Positions 35,139 through 45,404 of a DNA stretch of 64,000 nucleotides are shown here, piece after piece; the stretch's first letter is position 1; the number at the start of each line of letters is the position of its first letter. A model generated the notes under the pieces. The model was not told the origin of the DNA. It was given only the letters and a program-made list of their open reading frames with translations, and ran no database searches. The stretch lies in NCBI GenBank assembly GCA_033648345.1, contig GCA_033648345.1_4121.1; one strand, given 5' to 3'. The stretch comes from a phage. A program made the translations under genes and the position numbers.

Positions 35139-35957
35139 ATGACAAAATTAGATGAGTTCCTATCAAACGTATCAGTACTAGACACCGAAACAACTGGTGT
35201 CGAAAGTGAAGATGATATTATTGAATTTAGTATTTCATATCCTCACGATGCACATGAGAATATTGATACTATTGATAACTACACTTTGCGTTATAAACCA
35301 CTAAAAGATATACCACCAGAAGCAAGTGCTGTGCATTTTATCAGTACTGAAGATGTAGCAAACTGCATTGGTTATAAAGATGACTTAGAAAACATTGACG
35401 CACTAATGGGGTGTCGTAATTATTTTATTGGACACAACGTTCAATTTGACCGCCGAATGATGGTAGATAACGAATATAAATATCGTAACTCAGTTTCGCA
35501 GTACTTGCTCGATGAAGATAAATGGATTTGTACCCTTCGTTTAGCTAAGAAGATGTTTGCAGAAGACACTGAATTCAAAAACTTAACTCTAAGTTATTTG
35601 TGGTATAAATTTGGTTGCTATCGTGATGTACATCGTGCAGTCAATGCTCACGCAGCAAAAGATGACGTGTTTATGTGTTATCAAGTTCTAATCAAATTGA
35701 TTGAAGTTGCGATTGAACGTGGACATATTGACCCTAATGGTGACATTGGTGAACAAATCGTAACATTCTGTAATACACCAATGCGTTATAAATTCATGCC
35801 ATTTGGTAAACACAAAGGCGAACCAATGGAAACTGTTCCATTGAACTATATTGAATGGATGATTACTAACAGTGATATTCTTGATGCAAGTAACCCAAAC
35901 TGTGATAAAGATTTAGTATATACATTTGAGTACGAATATAATACTCGAACTAATTAA
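35139..35957 (+). CDS. DEDD-family 3'-5' exonuclease (DexA-like) with C-terminal FGKHKG (DUF3820-like) segment
   Basis: LDTETTG exo I motif, HNVQFDRRMM; C-terminal KFMPFGKHKGEPMETVPLNYIEWM. Confidence 0.6.
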   Translation: MTKLDEFLSNVSVLDTETTGVESEDDIIEFSISYPHDAHENIDTIDNYTLRYKPLKDIPPEASAVHFISTEDVANCIGYKDDLENIDALMGCRNYFIGHNVQFDRRMMVDNEYKYRNSVSQYLLDEDKWICTLRLAKKMFAEDTEFKNLTLSYLWYKFGCYRDVHRAVNAHAAKDDVFMCYQVLIKLIEVAIERGHIDPNGDIGEQIVTFCNTPMRYKFMPFGKHKGEPMETVPLNYIEWMITNSDILDASNPNCDKDLVYTFEYEYNTRTN

Positions 35958-35972
35958 TAAAGGTATTCATGG

Positions 35973-37457
35973 ATGAAAACTTGTAAGCTAACCTTACTGG
36001 ACGAGGTTAATTGTAAATTTGAGGGACTAGATCCCTCAATTCGTCAGAAGATGATTCGTGCAACAGAATATGTACTTCCATACGCTAAGTTCACCCCTGC
36101 TGGTCGTATTGGTCGTTGGGATGGTAAGGTACAGTTTATGAACTTAGGTGGTAGTACTTACTACCACATGTTGGATAAGTTGTTGCCAATCTTAGATGAA
36201 GCAAAAATTGATATTGAACTTGAAGATCATCGTGTCAATTACGGATTCAATTTTGAACCAATTGATGAAGATATTTTTAGTGATGTTGTGTTTGGTGCTG
36301 GACACCACATGGAAGGTAAGTCAATCAAGCTCAGGGAGCATCAGGTGAACGCAGTTAATGCTTGCCTTGCAAACCCACATGGTTTATTATTAGCAGCTAC
36401 AGGGGCTGGTAAAACGCTCATCACAGCGGCATTATCCAAGAAGGTACAGGAGTATGGACGTTCTGTGATTATCGTACCCAGTACTGATTTGGTGCAGCAA
36501 ACATATGATGACTATGTTATGTGTGGTCTTGACACTGGAGTGTTCTATGGTGCACAGAAAGACTTTGGTCACCAACACACAATCACTACCTGGCAGTCAT
36601 TCAACTCTTTGTGGAAGAAAACAAAGAAAGGTGAAATTGAACTGACTGAACAAGACGTTCATGACTTTATTGATGGTGTGGTTTGTGTGATTGTCGATGA
36701 GTGTCAAGGTGCTGGTGGTGATGCATTAGTTCAAGTACTCTCTAAAGTTATGAATAACGTCCCACTTCGCTGGGGATTAACTGGTACAATCCCTAAAGAC
36801 CAAGTTGTCGCAGCGAAGATTAAATGTAACGTTGGTGATGTGATATTTAAAATCACAGCTAAAGAATTACAAGATAAAAAAATACTAAGCACATGTAATG
36901 TGAACTGTATTAAACTTAAAAGTAATTTAAAGTTCGCGTCATATGCAGAAGAATTGAAGTACTTAGTTACTGACCGTGATAGAATGGCATATGTAGCATC
37001 ACTGATAGGTGCGTTAGCAGAATCTGGAAACACGTTAGTACTGGTTGATAGACTTGAAGCTGGTGAATTGCTTTGTGAATTTTTGGGTATTCCTAAGTCA
37101 GAATTTGTTCGTGGGGAAACCAAAAAGAAAGACCGTGAATCTTCATATGGTGAAATTCGCTGGGCTGATAACAAAATACTCATTGCAACCTATGGGGTAG
37201 CAAGTACTGGTATCAGTATTTCTCGTTTGTATAATGTCGTTCTAATCGAACCAGGAAAAAGCTTCGTTCGTACAATACAGTCCATTGGTCGTGGGTTGCG
37301 TCGTGCAGAAGACAAAGACCACGTGGAAATCTTTGATATCAGTGGTACAAACAAATATAGTGCAAAACACTTACGTGAACGTTTACAATACTATAAGGAA
37401 GCACAATATCCTCATAGTATCATAGATGTTAAGGATTGGGAAAATACAGCGGGATAA
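35973..37457 (+). CDS. uvsW: UvsW-like SF2 DNA helicase
   Basis: Walker A ATGAGKT, DECQ box, SIGRG; N-terminal GRWDGKV like T4 UvsW. Confidence 0.8.
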   Translation: MKTCKLTLLDEVNCKFEGLDPSIRQKMIRATEYVLPYAKFTPAGRIGRWDGKVQFMNLGGSTYYHMLDKLLPILDEAKIDIELEDHRVNYGFNFEPIDEDIFSDVVFGAGHHMEGKSIKLREHQVNAVNACLANPHGLLLAATGAGKTLITAALSKKVQEYGRSVIIVPSTDLVQQTYDDYVMCGLDTGVFYGAQKDFGHQHTITTWQSFNSLWKKTKKGEIELTEQDVHDFIDGVVCVIVDECQGAGGDALVQVLSKVMNNVPLRWGLTGTIPKDQVVAAKIKCNVGDVIFKITAKELQDKKILSTCNVNCIKLKSNLKFASYAEELKYLVTDRDRMAYVASLIGALAESGNTLVLVDRLEAGELLCEFLGIPKSEFVRGETKKKDRESSYGEIRWADNKILIATYGVASTGISISRLYNVVLIEPGKSFVRTIQSIGRGLRRAEDKDHVEIFDISGTNKYSAKHLRERLQYYKEAQYPHSIIDVKDWENTAG

Positions 37458-37513
37458 TCCCGCTGTACATGATATAATGTGTCGTATGACAACAACAAGG
37501 AAGTAAAATAAAA

Positions 37514-37942
37514 ATGGAATTAAGATCTAGTATTGCTTTTATCTGTGACCAAGAAACGTTAGATGTAATTGATGTATTGTTGAATGATGATGGTATTATG
37601 GATGACATGGTATCTTCACTTGACTATATACCTGAACTAGAAACTGACGATACTAATGTTTGGAGATGTAATATTGACACTAATTCATGGATTAATATCT
37701 ATGAATTGCAAACCAGAATTGACTCGAAAGTTGAATCATTAAAATATGATATCATCTATGCAAGTACTGATACTACAACGTTTATTGATGTTGTTAGTCT
37801 TAGTGGTAATTTTGATTCTTACTTAGATACCGATGTTGATAAGATTCAAGAAATGTGTGAAACGTATGGTCTTGAATTCTATGGTACATCCGATGAAGAT
37901 GAAGAAGATTACTACGATGAAGATGAAGATTCCCAGTACTAA
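37514..37942 (+). CDS. hypothetical acidic protein
   Basis: 142 aa with poly-acidic C-terminus. Confidence 0.45.
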   Translation: MELRSSIAFICDQETLDVIDVLLNDDGIMDDMVSSLDYIPELETDDTNVWRCNIDTNSWINIYELQTRIDSKVESLKYDIIYASTDTTTFIDVVSLSGNFDSYLDTDVDKIQEMCETYGLEFYGTSDEDEEDYYDEDEDSQY

Positions 37943-37951
37943 GGAGATGAG

Positions 37952-38449
37952 ATGAACGTATTAACCCCAGAAAATAATTCATTTGATATGGATTTAGTAA
38001 CTGAACACATTCCATCAGAAATGTATTGTGTTTTAGATTTGAGTCCAAACGGTGACTCTGACTTTTATTTTCGCCACATTTTGAACACTGTATCATTTAA
38101 TAGTATCAGTGCTGATTTGCAGATTGGTGAAAAGGTTATCCAAGTACCATTGGGTTGGCAAATCATGTTGGGTGATGAAGAGACTGGTATGGTTGAGATG
38201 TGTACCATTGAAAACATTCTTAATATGAAAGAACCAAAAGCTTTTGTTTACAATCCAATCCGTTCGATGTATCCTAAGTTCGAACCTGTAAAAGTACTGC
38301 GTGTATTCGCACTCACTACTAAGTGGCAGATCCCTATGCTGCCTAAGAAGAACTTACTATGTGTTCCTCTGCACAGTGGTGATAATCCACCTTGTGTTTA
38401 CTTTGCAGATGAGAACGAGAAAATTCAAGATTTGTATCTAGGAGTGTAA
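37952..38449 (+). CDS. hypothetical protein
   Basis: 165-aa ORF in early gene array. Confidence 0.45.
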   Translation: MNVLTPENNSFDMDLVTEHIPSEMYCVLDLSPNGDSDFYFRHILNTVSFNSISADLQIGEKVIQVPLGWQIMLGDEETGMVEMCTIENILNMKEPKAFVYNPIRSMYPKFEPVKVLRVFALTTKWQIPMLPKKNLLCVPLHSGDNPPCVYFADENEKIQDLYLGV

Positions 38450-38451
38450 TA

Positions 38452-39297
38452 GTGTTAGATTTCAGTAATATTAAAGCTAAGTCAGTAGACGAAAACGATA
38501 AACCAACCCAGCATACATTTTCTATTGCTGAATTTCTAAAACATATTGACCGTGCAGATTACAAATACTATAATGACATGACCGAAGATGAGCGTAAGGA
38601 ATTTACGCCTTATACTGTACTTCGTTGGGTAAGTTCACTTGATGACTCACTTCAAGTAACTTTCCCTAGTAGTAAAGTGGAAAACGTATTTGGTAAGTGG
38701 AAAGCTGGTGGCAAAGAAGCACTCACTGAACTTGTCAAAGAACTCAATAGTACTGGTGTTAATGTAACATCAGTTACTAAGTACTGTCACAGTGACTATG
38801 ATTGGCGTATCAAGTTTGCCGTACAAAGTAATGATGATGCTAACAAGTTGATTGCAGCAATGACCGAATTTAGTATTGCTGGTGGACAGATTATCTCATT
38901 GGTTGACAGTGACGTTGTACGTTATCAGTTGATTATGTTGAATGATATGGTTAATGATGGGTTCTGGGATATGAAAGAACACCCTGAACTTGTATATCAA
39001 CTACTATGTTCTGTTCATGATATGTTGGGTGGTAAGGAATTGCCACGAAACTGGTTAAACTTTTCCAAGAGTTTTAAGCGTGCTAACAATGAATTATTTG
39101 AACTCATTAAAAGTACACAGCCAGATTCAATCGCAACTCAAATGAACGAAGATGAATATAAAATTGTTTTGTTGCAATATAACAAAAAAACATTCGAGTC
39201 TTTCCTTGAAGACATAGGTTTGCAAGAGAAAGAAATGAAATCAATGATGAAATTATTTAAAGAAGAATGTAAGAAATATGGCAAAGAAATCAAGTAG
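38452..39297 (+). CDS. hypothetical protein
   Basis: 281-aa ORF, probable GTG start. Confidence 0.45.
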   Translation: MLDFSNIKAKSVDENDKPTQHTFSIAEFLKHIDRADYKYYNDMTEDERKEFTPYTVLRWVSSLDDSLQVTFPSSKVENVFGKWKAGGKEALTELVKELNSTGVNVTSVTKYCHSDYDWRIKFAVQSNDDANKLIAAMTEFSIAGGQIISLVDSDVVRYQLIMLNDMVNDGFWDMKEHPELVYQLLCSVHDMLGGKELPRNWLNFSKSFKRANNELFELIKSTQPDSIATQMNEDEYKIVLLQYNKKTFESFLEDIGLQEKEMKSMMKLFKEECKKYGKEIK

Positions 39298-39988
39298 TCC
39301 CGTATACAAATGTAAGTTCTGTGATAAGGAATTTAAACGCGAAGACACAGTTAACACACATAAGTGTGTTAAACGTGACCGCTACGAAGATCGTGATAGC
39401 CGCCCCATGAGGGAGGCTTTTCGCATTTATATGCAATTCATGGAGTTAAACCATTTCCCTTTCAAGAAGGGAGTTGAACCATTAATGGCTTTTATAAAAT
39501 CAAAGTACTTTAGTGATTTTTATGATTTTGCAATTTATTATTTGAACAACCGTGATATTTTAGATATTGATGGTTTTGTAAAAAGTCTAATTGTAAGAAA
39601 CCGTCCTATTATGGAATGGAGTACTTATAAAGCAAAGGATGAATGGATATTAGATTGTATTCGTTCTGAATCTCCCAATGCTGCGGTTTCCCGTAGTGTT
39701 GTTGCGATGGTGGAATGGGGTCAGAATCTGAACTTGGAGTGGAATAAGTTTTTTTCCAATGTTAGTTCTGCCCGTGCAATTGCATGGATTGAGAGTGGTA
39801 AGATTTCACCTTGGATTATCTGGTTAGCACCAAAAGAAAGTACTAATAAGTTTTTCAAGAATCTCTCTAACTCTGAAATCGAGTATATACTTAAATACAT
39901 TGATCCTAGTTACTTTGAGGTTAAAACTATAAAGTACAAAAAGGAATGTGATGAAATAAAAAGTATGCTACGTGAGGCTGGATTATGA
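39278..39988 (+). CDS. hypothetical protein with N-terminal C2H2-like zinc finger
   Basis: YKCKFCDKEFKREDTVNTHKC. Confidence 0.45.
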   Translation: MAKKSSSPVYKCKFCDKEFKREDTVNTHKCVKRDRYEDRDSRPMREAFRIYMQFMELNHFPFKKGVEPLMAFIKSKYFSDFYDFAIYYLNNRDILDIDGFVKSLIVRNRPIMEWSTYKAKDEWILDCIRSESPNAAVSRSVVAMVEWGQNLNLEWNKFFSNVSSARAIAWIESGKISPWIIWLAPKESTNKFFKNLSNSEIEYILKYIDPSYFEVKTIKYKKECDEIKSMLREAGL

Positions 39989-40314
39989 ATGGAAAAAGTA
40001 TATATAATAAAATACCAGAAGGGTATGTACCTGTGCCTAAAGCAGATAAATCTAAATCTTTATCATTGCTTAGACAGGGTTCTATAACTGAAATTACACT
40101 TGATGGTAAAACCTTTCAGGTGCACGATCCTGTTCGTGTAGAAAAAATTATCAGTATGGTTGAAAGACATGAGGAAAGATTCTTTGGTCTAAGTCAAGAG
40201 TTGTCAAAGACCAAACAAAAGTGTACAATGTTAGAAAATCAGGTAACCAAATTATCTAACACTGTAAACAAATTGCAGGAGCAAATCAAAAATGCAGGAT
40301 TCGACAAATTCTAA
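39985..40314 (+). CDS. hypothetical coiled-coil protein
   Basis: 109-aa ORF overlapping neighbours. Confidence 0.4.
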   Translation: MNGKSIYNKIPEGYVPVPKADKSKSLSLLRQGSITEITLDGKTFQVHDPVRVEKIISMVERHEERFFGLSQELSKTKQKCTMLENQVTKLSNTVNKLQEQIKNAGFDKF

Positions 40315-40930
40315 TTCGTACCGTAAAGCACGAACAGATATCGACATTGACTTCAAAGATAGTAAGTCAGTGATTGCACAGCTTCCTTGTGTGCGAAGTA
40401 CAGAAAAAATTACGGAGGATGGTTTAATCCCCCATAACAGTGGTGTTCATTTTGATAATATACCAATTGACCCTATCACTGGTTTAGCCAGCATACAATA
40501 TAAAGAAGCCGAACGCTTGGGATATCAAAAGGTAGATATCCTGTCACAATCGGCTTACCAGTATGTTCGTGATAGAGCACATTTAAAAGAACTAATGAAT
40601 CAGGAACCTAATTGGGATCTTCTGTTAGAACCAGAAATAGTTGAACATCTTTCACAGATTAAAAAACACGTTACATTATTAAATGTGTGGAAACCTAAAT
40701 CCATTGATGAACTTGCAATGTTTATTGCAATGATTCGTCCTGGAAAAAGGCAGTGCCAAAGTATGAATACATGGAGTGAAGTTGAATCCACTATATGGGA
40801 TTACAGTACTATTGGCACAGACCAAGCAGGAAATAAGTTACGATATTTCAAAAAGCCACATGCTTATGCATACAGCTTAATGATTGTAGTTCAACTTAAC
40901 GCTTTAGTTGAACATCTTACTTCTTCTTAA
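40292..40930 (+). CDS. small protein with DNA polymerase III alpha (DnaE) palm-like motifs
   Basis: Ordered blocks DIDIDF, HNSGVHF, LGYQKVDILSQ, ELAMFIAMIRPGK parallel DnaE PDFDVDF, HAGGVVI, AGLVKFDFLGL, ALVALFRPGP. Confidence 0.45.
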   Translation: MQDSTNSNSYRKARTDIDIDFKDSKSVIAQLPCVRSTEKITEDGLIPHNSGVHFDNIPIDPITGLASIQYKEAERLGYQKVDILSQSAYQYVRDRAHLKELMNQEPNWDLLLEPEIVEHLSQIKKHVTLLNVWKPKSIDELAMFIAMIRPGKRQCQSMNTWSEVESTIWDYSTIGTDQAGNKLRYFKKPHAYAYSLMIVVQLNALVEHLTSS

Positions 40931-41270
40931 GAGCCACATTACGACGCTTGATGCGTTTTTGTGGTAAATCACTTAAAGAAACTACTGGACCACAAACGAA
41001 ATTCACCGCAGGGGTATCGAATCTCTGTGTGTAAGGTTCAAATTTCTCCATCTCTTCTTGGAAGAATAGACAGACTGGAATTGACCTGTTGCTTTGCCAC
41101 CACCAATCATGTGCTATACCCAACAATTCATCTTGCATTGGTTCATCCATATCATCAAAGCAGTAAAGAGTAGTATACTGTTTACTTTTTATCTTGATAA
41201 TACCAATGAAAGTTTTACCATTACACTGAACTACCGTGATAAATGGTGGAATAGTATTATATTGATTCAT
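40917..41270 (-). CDS. hypothetical protein (lone minus-strand gene)
   Basis: 117-aa ORF, Trp-rich with basic C-terminus; divergent from a late-promoter-driven gene. Confidence 0.4.
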   Translation of the reverse strand: MNQYNTIPPFITVVQCNGKTFIGIIKIKSKQYTTLYCFDDMDEPMQDELLGIAHDWWWQSNRSIPVCLFFQEEMEKFEPYTQRFDTPAVNFVCGPVVSLSDLPQKRIKRRNVALKKK

Positions 41271-41327
41271 ATGAGTTCCATAAATATTAGTATAAATTTA
41301 TACCTATTATTTATGGAAGGAAAAACT

Positions 41328-42305
41328 ATGGCTCATCACGGCGTGTTTATGTACCCTTATAACCAAGAAGTATCATTGGGCAATTTTAATATGCCATATA
41401 GCAATGAGAAACTTACAATATACAGAGGTGCAAATAACAATTTATCATTCACAGTGCATAACGCTGATGGAAAATATACATTACTAAAAGATAACGAATA
41501 TCTAACATTCATGATTTTTGATGCTAGAAACAATACTAAATTATTCGATGTAGTTTTGGATAAACAAAAACCATCATGGCTATCAGAAAGTGGACAAGCA
41601 AGACAAACATTAGGTAATAGTAAAAAAGTATATTATGGATGTATTGTTCCTGCTGGTGTAATTCAGGATACTAGTCCTGGTTCAAAATATAGATGGAGTA
41701 TTACTAAAGTAACAATGGATGGTTCCTTGATTGAACCTACACAGTACTTATACACTGGTCTTGATTATGAAGCCTCTGCTGAATTGATAATTTCCGACCA
41801 AGCTGCTCCTGTGTTTGTGCCAAGTATTGAAGTATCTGTTAATAAAAACCCAGCATGGACTACCATCAAACGCTTGTATCATGAACCAATCGCTCGTGGC
41901 GTTATTGGTGAATTTGATATAATGGCAACATCTCCCCTTCCTGCACAAATGCAGTACGGATTAGTTGATGGTCTTAGTACTATTGCAATGTACTTTGATA
42001 AATTCATTGGTAGAATTCAATTACAAGGATGTTTGTGTAATAACGTACCAACTGATAACGAAAACTATAAATGGTTTATTGTTAAATTGGATGGTAAAGA
42101 ATATATCGAAAATGATATTGATGAAAATGGATTCCCTAAAGCGTTAGATGGGATTCAAGCATTTAATTTTAAAGGTAATTACATGTGGTTGCGATTGGTT
42201 GTTTGTATTCATCCTAAGATCGTTCCAGTTCCTTATGACTATGCGGCAGTAAGAAAAGTCTATGACCCACTACTGTCAGTTCCTAAAATTTTGATTCGCA
42301 GGTGA
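41328..42305 (+). CDS. putative late-expressed structural protein
   Basis: ATG 41328 with GGAAGGA RBS; TATAAATT late-promoter-like upstream. Confidence 0.45.
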   Translation: MAHHGVFMYPYNQEVSLGNFNMPYSNEKLTIYRGANNNLSFTVHNADGKYTLLKDNEYLTFMIFDARNNTKLFDVVLDKQKPSWLSESGQARQTLGNSKKVYYGCIVPAGVIQDTSPGSKYRWSITKVTMDGSLIEPTQYLYTGLDYEASAELIISDQAAPVFVPSIEVSVNKNPAWTTIKRLYHEPIARGVIGEFDIMATSPLPAQMQYGLVDGLSTIAMYFDKFIGRIQLQGCLCNNVPTDNENYKWFIVKLDGKEYIENDIDENGFPKALDGIQAFNFKGNYMWLRLVVCIHPKIVPVPYDYAAVRKVYDPLLSVPKILIRR

Positions 42306-42330
42306 GACAAAACAAGTGTTTGTGCTATAA
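42302..42330 (+). promoter_or_regulatory. early-type promoter upstream of primase gene
   Basis: gtgagacaaaacaagtgtttgtgctataat. Confidence 0.5.
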
Positions 42331-42360
42331 TCATTTGTGAGAAATAACAAGGATTAAATT

Positions 42361-43416
42361 ATGAACGCTGTACAAAACATCATGGCACAAATCATGAATG
42401 ACCCAGTACCAGGAATTGGTATGTGGACACATCACAATTGTCCTGCTTGTGTGTTCCGTGGTCATTCACGCCCCGATACTAAAAATCGCGGCAATCATAT
42501 GTTTAATGCAGATGGTTCTGTTTCTTATAACTGTTTTAACTGTAGTCTAAAAACTGGGTGGCAACCTGGAAAATATATGAGCAAAGATATGGAGTCTTTG
42601 CTCATTTCTTTTGGTGCACAGGATAAGGAAATAGAACTAGCTAAATTTTACATTAAAGAAATGGTTGATAGTGGAGACTTTGCAGAACAAGAAACTACTG
42701 CATCTAAACTATATCAACGTGTAACTGTTCGTGAATTACCACCGAACTCAAAAACATTCTGGGAATGGGCATCGTTACCAGAAGAGCAAATACCACAAGA
42801 ATTTATTAGTGTTCTGAATCATGTGAATGAGCGAAATCCATATCTATTAGATTTAGAATTGTATTGGAGTCCAGCTAAAGAACATAAAATGTATGACCGA
42901 TTTATCATACCATACGTTATGAACGGTAAAATTATCGGATATACTGCTAGACACAAACTTAAAGACCCAGGAAGTACCTATCGTTTTATTAATCAGGTCA
43001 GTACAAATATTCTATATAATTATGATCTGTTACAAGATGAACGAATTAAAACTATATTAGTTTGTGAAGGTCCAATGGATGCAGCACTAATGGGTGGTGT
43101 TTCTGCAAATAACTTTAAATTGTCAGCAGTACAAATAGATGTACTTAAAGCTGCACAAGAAAAAGGTAAAAAGATTGTTATCGTACCAGACCGTGATAAG
43201 GATGGGTTACAAACAATCGAACAAGCACTAGAATATGGATTTAGTGTTTCTTTCCCAGATTTTGGGGCAGTACGTGTTGGAAGTACTATACGTCACATTA
43301 AAGATTTTGACGAAGCATGTGCTAGATTTGGAAGATTATTTTGTTTACAACTGATACATGATAGTATAGTTGACGAGCCTTTCTATATTAAAGCACAAAC
43401 GGATAAGTGGATGTAA
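42361..43416 (+). CDS. 61: DNA primase gp61
   Basis: N-terminal Cys/His zinc-binding region; TOPRIM motifs CEGPMDA and VPDRDKDG. Confidence 0.85.
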   Translation: MNAVQNIMAQIMNDPVPGIGMWTHHNCPACVFRGHSRPDTKNRGNHMFNADGSVSYNCFNCSLKTGWQPGKYMSKDMESLLISFGAQDKEIELAKFYIKEMVDSGDFAEQETTASKLYQRVTVRELPPNSKTFWEWASLPEEQIPQEFISVLNHVNERNPYLLDLELYWSPAKEHKMYDRFIIPYVMNGKIIGYTARHKLKDPGSTYRFINQVSTNILYNYDLLQDERIKTILVCEGPMDAALMGGVSANNFKLSAVQIDVLKAAQEKGKKIVIVPDRDKDGLQTIEQALEYGFSVSFPDFGAVRVGSTIRHIKDFDEACARFGRLFCLQLIHDSIVDEPFYIKAQTDKWM

Positions 43417-43442
43417 CACAGGATATAAATGAGGGAACATAA

Positions 43443-44963
43443 ATGATTCAAAGCACAGTGGACGTCAAACAGTATGGGATTAATGCACAACAATACTTAC
43501 TATCCCAAGTTTTCAGTAATCCAGATTTATTTGTACGTTGTAAAAATATTCTAAAGCCAGAATATTTCGATAAAACATTTCATGAAAGTATTCAGTACGT
43601 TCATGATTATGCAGCAAAATATAGTTCATCCCCTACACTGAAAGATATCGAAGTGAAAGGTGGTTATCAGTATGATCAGTATGAAGTACAAGAACTTCAT
43701 AAACAGGCAGTACTGGATACCTGTAGTGAGTTTTGCCGTCACAAAGCTCTAGCTCTAGCAGTAGAGAAAGGTATGGAATTAGTACATCAGAAAAAATATG
43801 GTGGCATCGAAGAACTCATTCGTGAAGCTATGTTAGTATCTGTACAGAATGAGTTGGGTCTTGATATCTTTGAAAATCCAGAAGATACAATTCGTTCATT
43901 GAGCACTATGCAAGGTTCATTCAAGAGTGGATGGGAAACCCTTGACTATAAACTATTCGGTGGTTTTGGTCGCCGTGAACTTGAAATCTTTGCAGCCGCG
44001 TCTGGTGGTGGTAAATCAGTAGTACTACAGAACTTAGCAGTTAACTTTGCTAAGGCTGGTATGAATGGTGCATACATTTCACTAGAACTAGCAGAAGAGT
44101 TGGTAGCCGTTCGTATCTATGGTATGATGACTGAATCTAAGCTAAGTAACGTTAAGAACGAAGCTGAAAAGATTGGTCTACGAGTTCAAATGGAAGGCAA
44201 GGATAGTGGTATATTGCGTATTAAACGTTTACCAGAATCCGTAACAACCACTGATGATATTGAAAGTTATCTTCGTGAATTGCAAATTAAAATGGAAGTC
44301 AAATTAGATTATGTTTGTGTGGACTACCTTGACCTATTAACATCAAATCGTCTTGGTCCTAATGATAAATCTAATACATTTACAAAAGATAAATTTGTAT
44401 CTGAAGAATTGCGTGCACTAGCAACCAAAATGGATTTGACCGTATTCACTGCGTCACAGTTTAACCGTAGTGGTATGGATGAAGATAAGAAAAGTCAAAG
44501 TCAGATTGCTGGTGGTATTTCTAAAATCTATACTGCGGATAACGTTATCTACATTGAAGCACGTAAAGAAACTGGCGAACTTTGGTTTGACTTCCAGAAA
44601 ACACGTAACAGTAGTGCAGTTGGTTCACGTTTGCGTATGTCATATGATATCGATTCACTTCGTGTACTAGACCACGCAACCACAATCCAACAATTCGAAA
44701 CTGATGGGTCAGGATTCCGTCACAGTGGCATCTCTAAGGTCGGCGGTGGTAACATGGCAATGCCACCAAGTACAATGCAAACACTGCGTCATACGCTTTC
44801 TGGTGCTCCTAAAACAAGCACTACACCGAGTGTTGAAAGCGTAACACTAAATACAGATAGTGATCCAATCACTTCTACACAAACTGAATCCCAGCCTCAA
44901 CAGCCACACATTGGAACTGATCGTGTAAATGCAATGAAGCAATGGTTAAATCAAAGGAAATAA
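43443..44963 (+). CDS. 41: replicative DNA helicase gp41 (DnaB family)
   Basis: Walker A AASGGGKS, Walker B-like CVDYLDLL; 506 aa. Confidence 0.88.
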   Translation: MIQSTVDVKQYGINAQQYLLSQVFSNPDLFVRCKNILKPEYFDKTFHESIQYVHDYAAKYSSSPTLKDIEVKGGYQYDQYEVQELHKQAVLDTCSEFCRHKALALAVEKGMELVHQKKYGGIEELIREAMLVSVQNELGLDIFENPEDTIRSLSTMQGSFKSGWETLDYKLFGGFGRRELEIFAAASGGGKSVVLQNLAVNFAKAGMNGAYISLELAEELVAVRIYGMMTESKLSNVKNEAEKIGLRVQMEGKDSGILRIKRLPESVTTTDDIESYLRELQIKMEVKLDYVCVDYLDLLTSNRLGPNDKSNTFTKDKFVSEELRALATKMDLTVFTASQFNRSGMDEDKKSQSQIAGGISKIYTADNVIYIEARKETGELWFDFQKTRNSSAVGSRLRMSYDIDSLRVLDHATTIQQFETDGSGFRHSGISKVGGGNMAMPPSTMQTLRHTLSGAPKTSTTPSVESVTLNTDSDPITSTQTESQPQQPHIGTDRVNAMKQWLNQRK

Positions 44964-44966
44964 TGA

Positions 44967-45239
44967 ATGTCTAGTAAATCCAATAAAAAGAATCTACTTG
45001 ATAGTATAGTTGACTATACACCAGAGAAAGATACATTACAGAGTTTTGGTAATCGTGCAGATCATGCAATCAACTCTGTTATTCATTTATTGGAGAGTAT
45101 CGAAGATGAATTTAACCAAACTGATGCTGAAGATTTGAAGAAACGTTTATTTCTTAGTATTAAGAACCGAGATTATAAAAAGTTTCAGAAGGGCTTGGAG
45201 AACATAGCACTTGATGAAAAACGTAATAAAGGGAATTGA
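44967..45239 (+). CDS. hypothetical protein
   Basis: 90-aa ORF. Confidence 0.4.
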   Translation: MSSKSNKKNLLDSIVDYTPEKDTLQSFGNRADHAINSVIHLLESIEDEFNQTDAEDLKKRLFLSIKNRDYKKFQKGLENIALDEKRNKGN

Positions 45240-45404
45240 TATGAAGAAGAAAACTAAACTAAAAGAAAATGCTTCTGCTGGTGCAACATCAGCAGGTGCA
45301 GTAGCATCAGTCAGTACTGGATTAAATTACCCATTACTTCGAAGAATGCCTCCTACAAATTTCTTTGGATATAAAGTTGTTGAGACTAAAAATAAGGATA
45401 ATGA

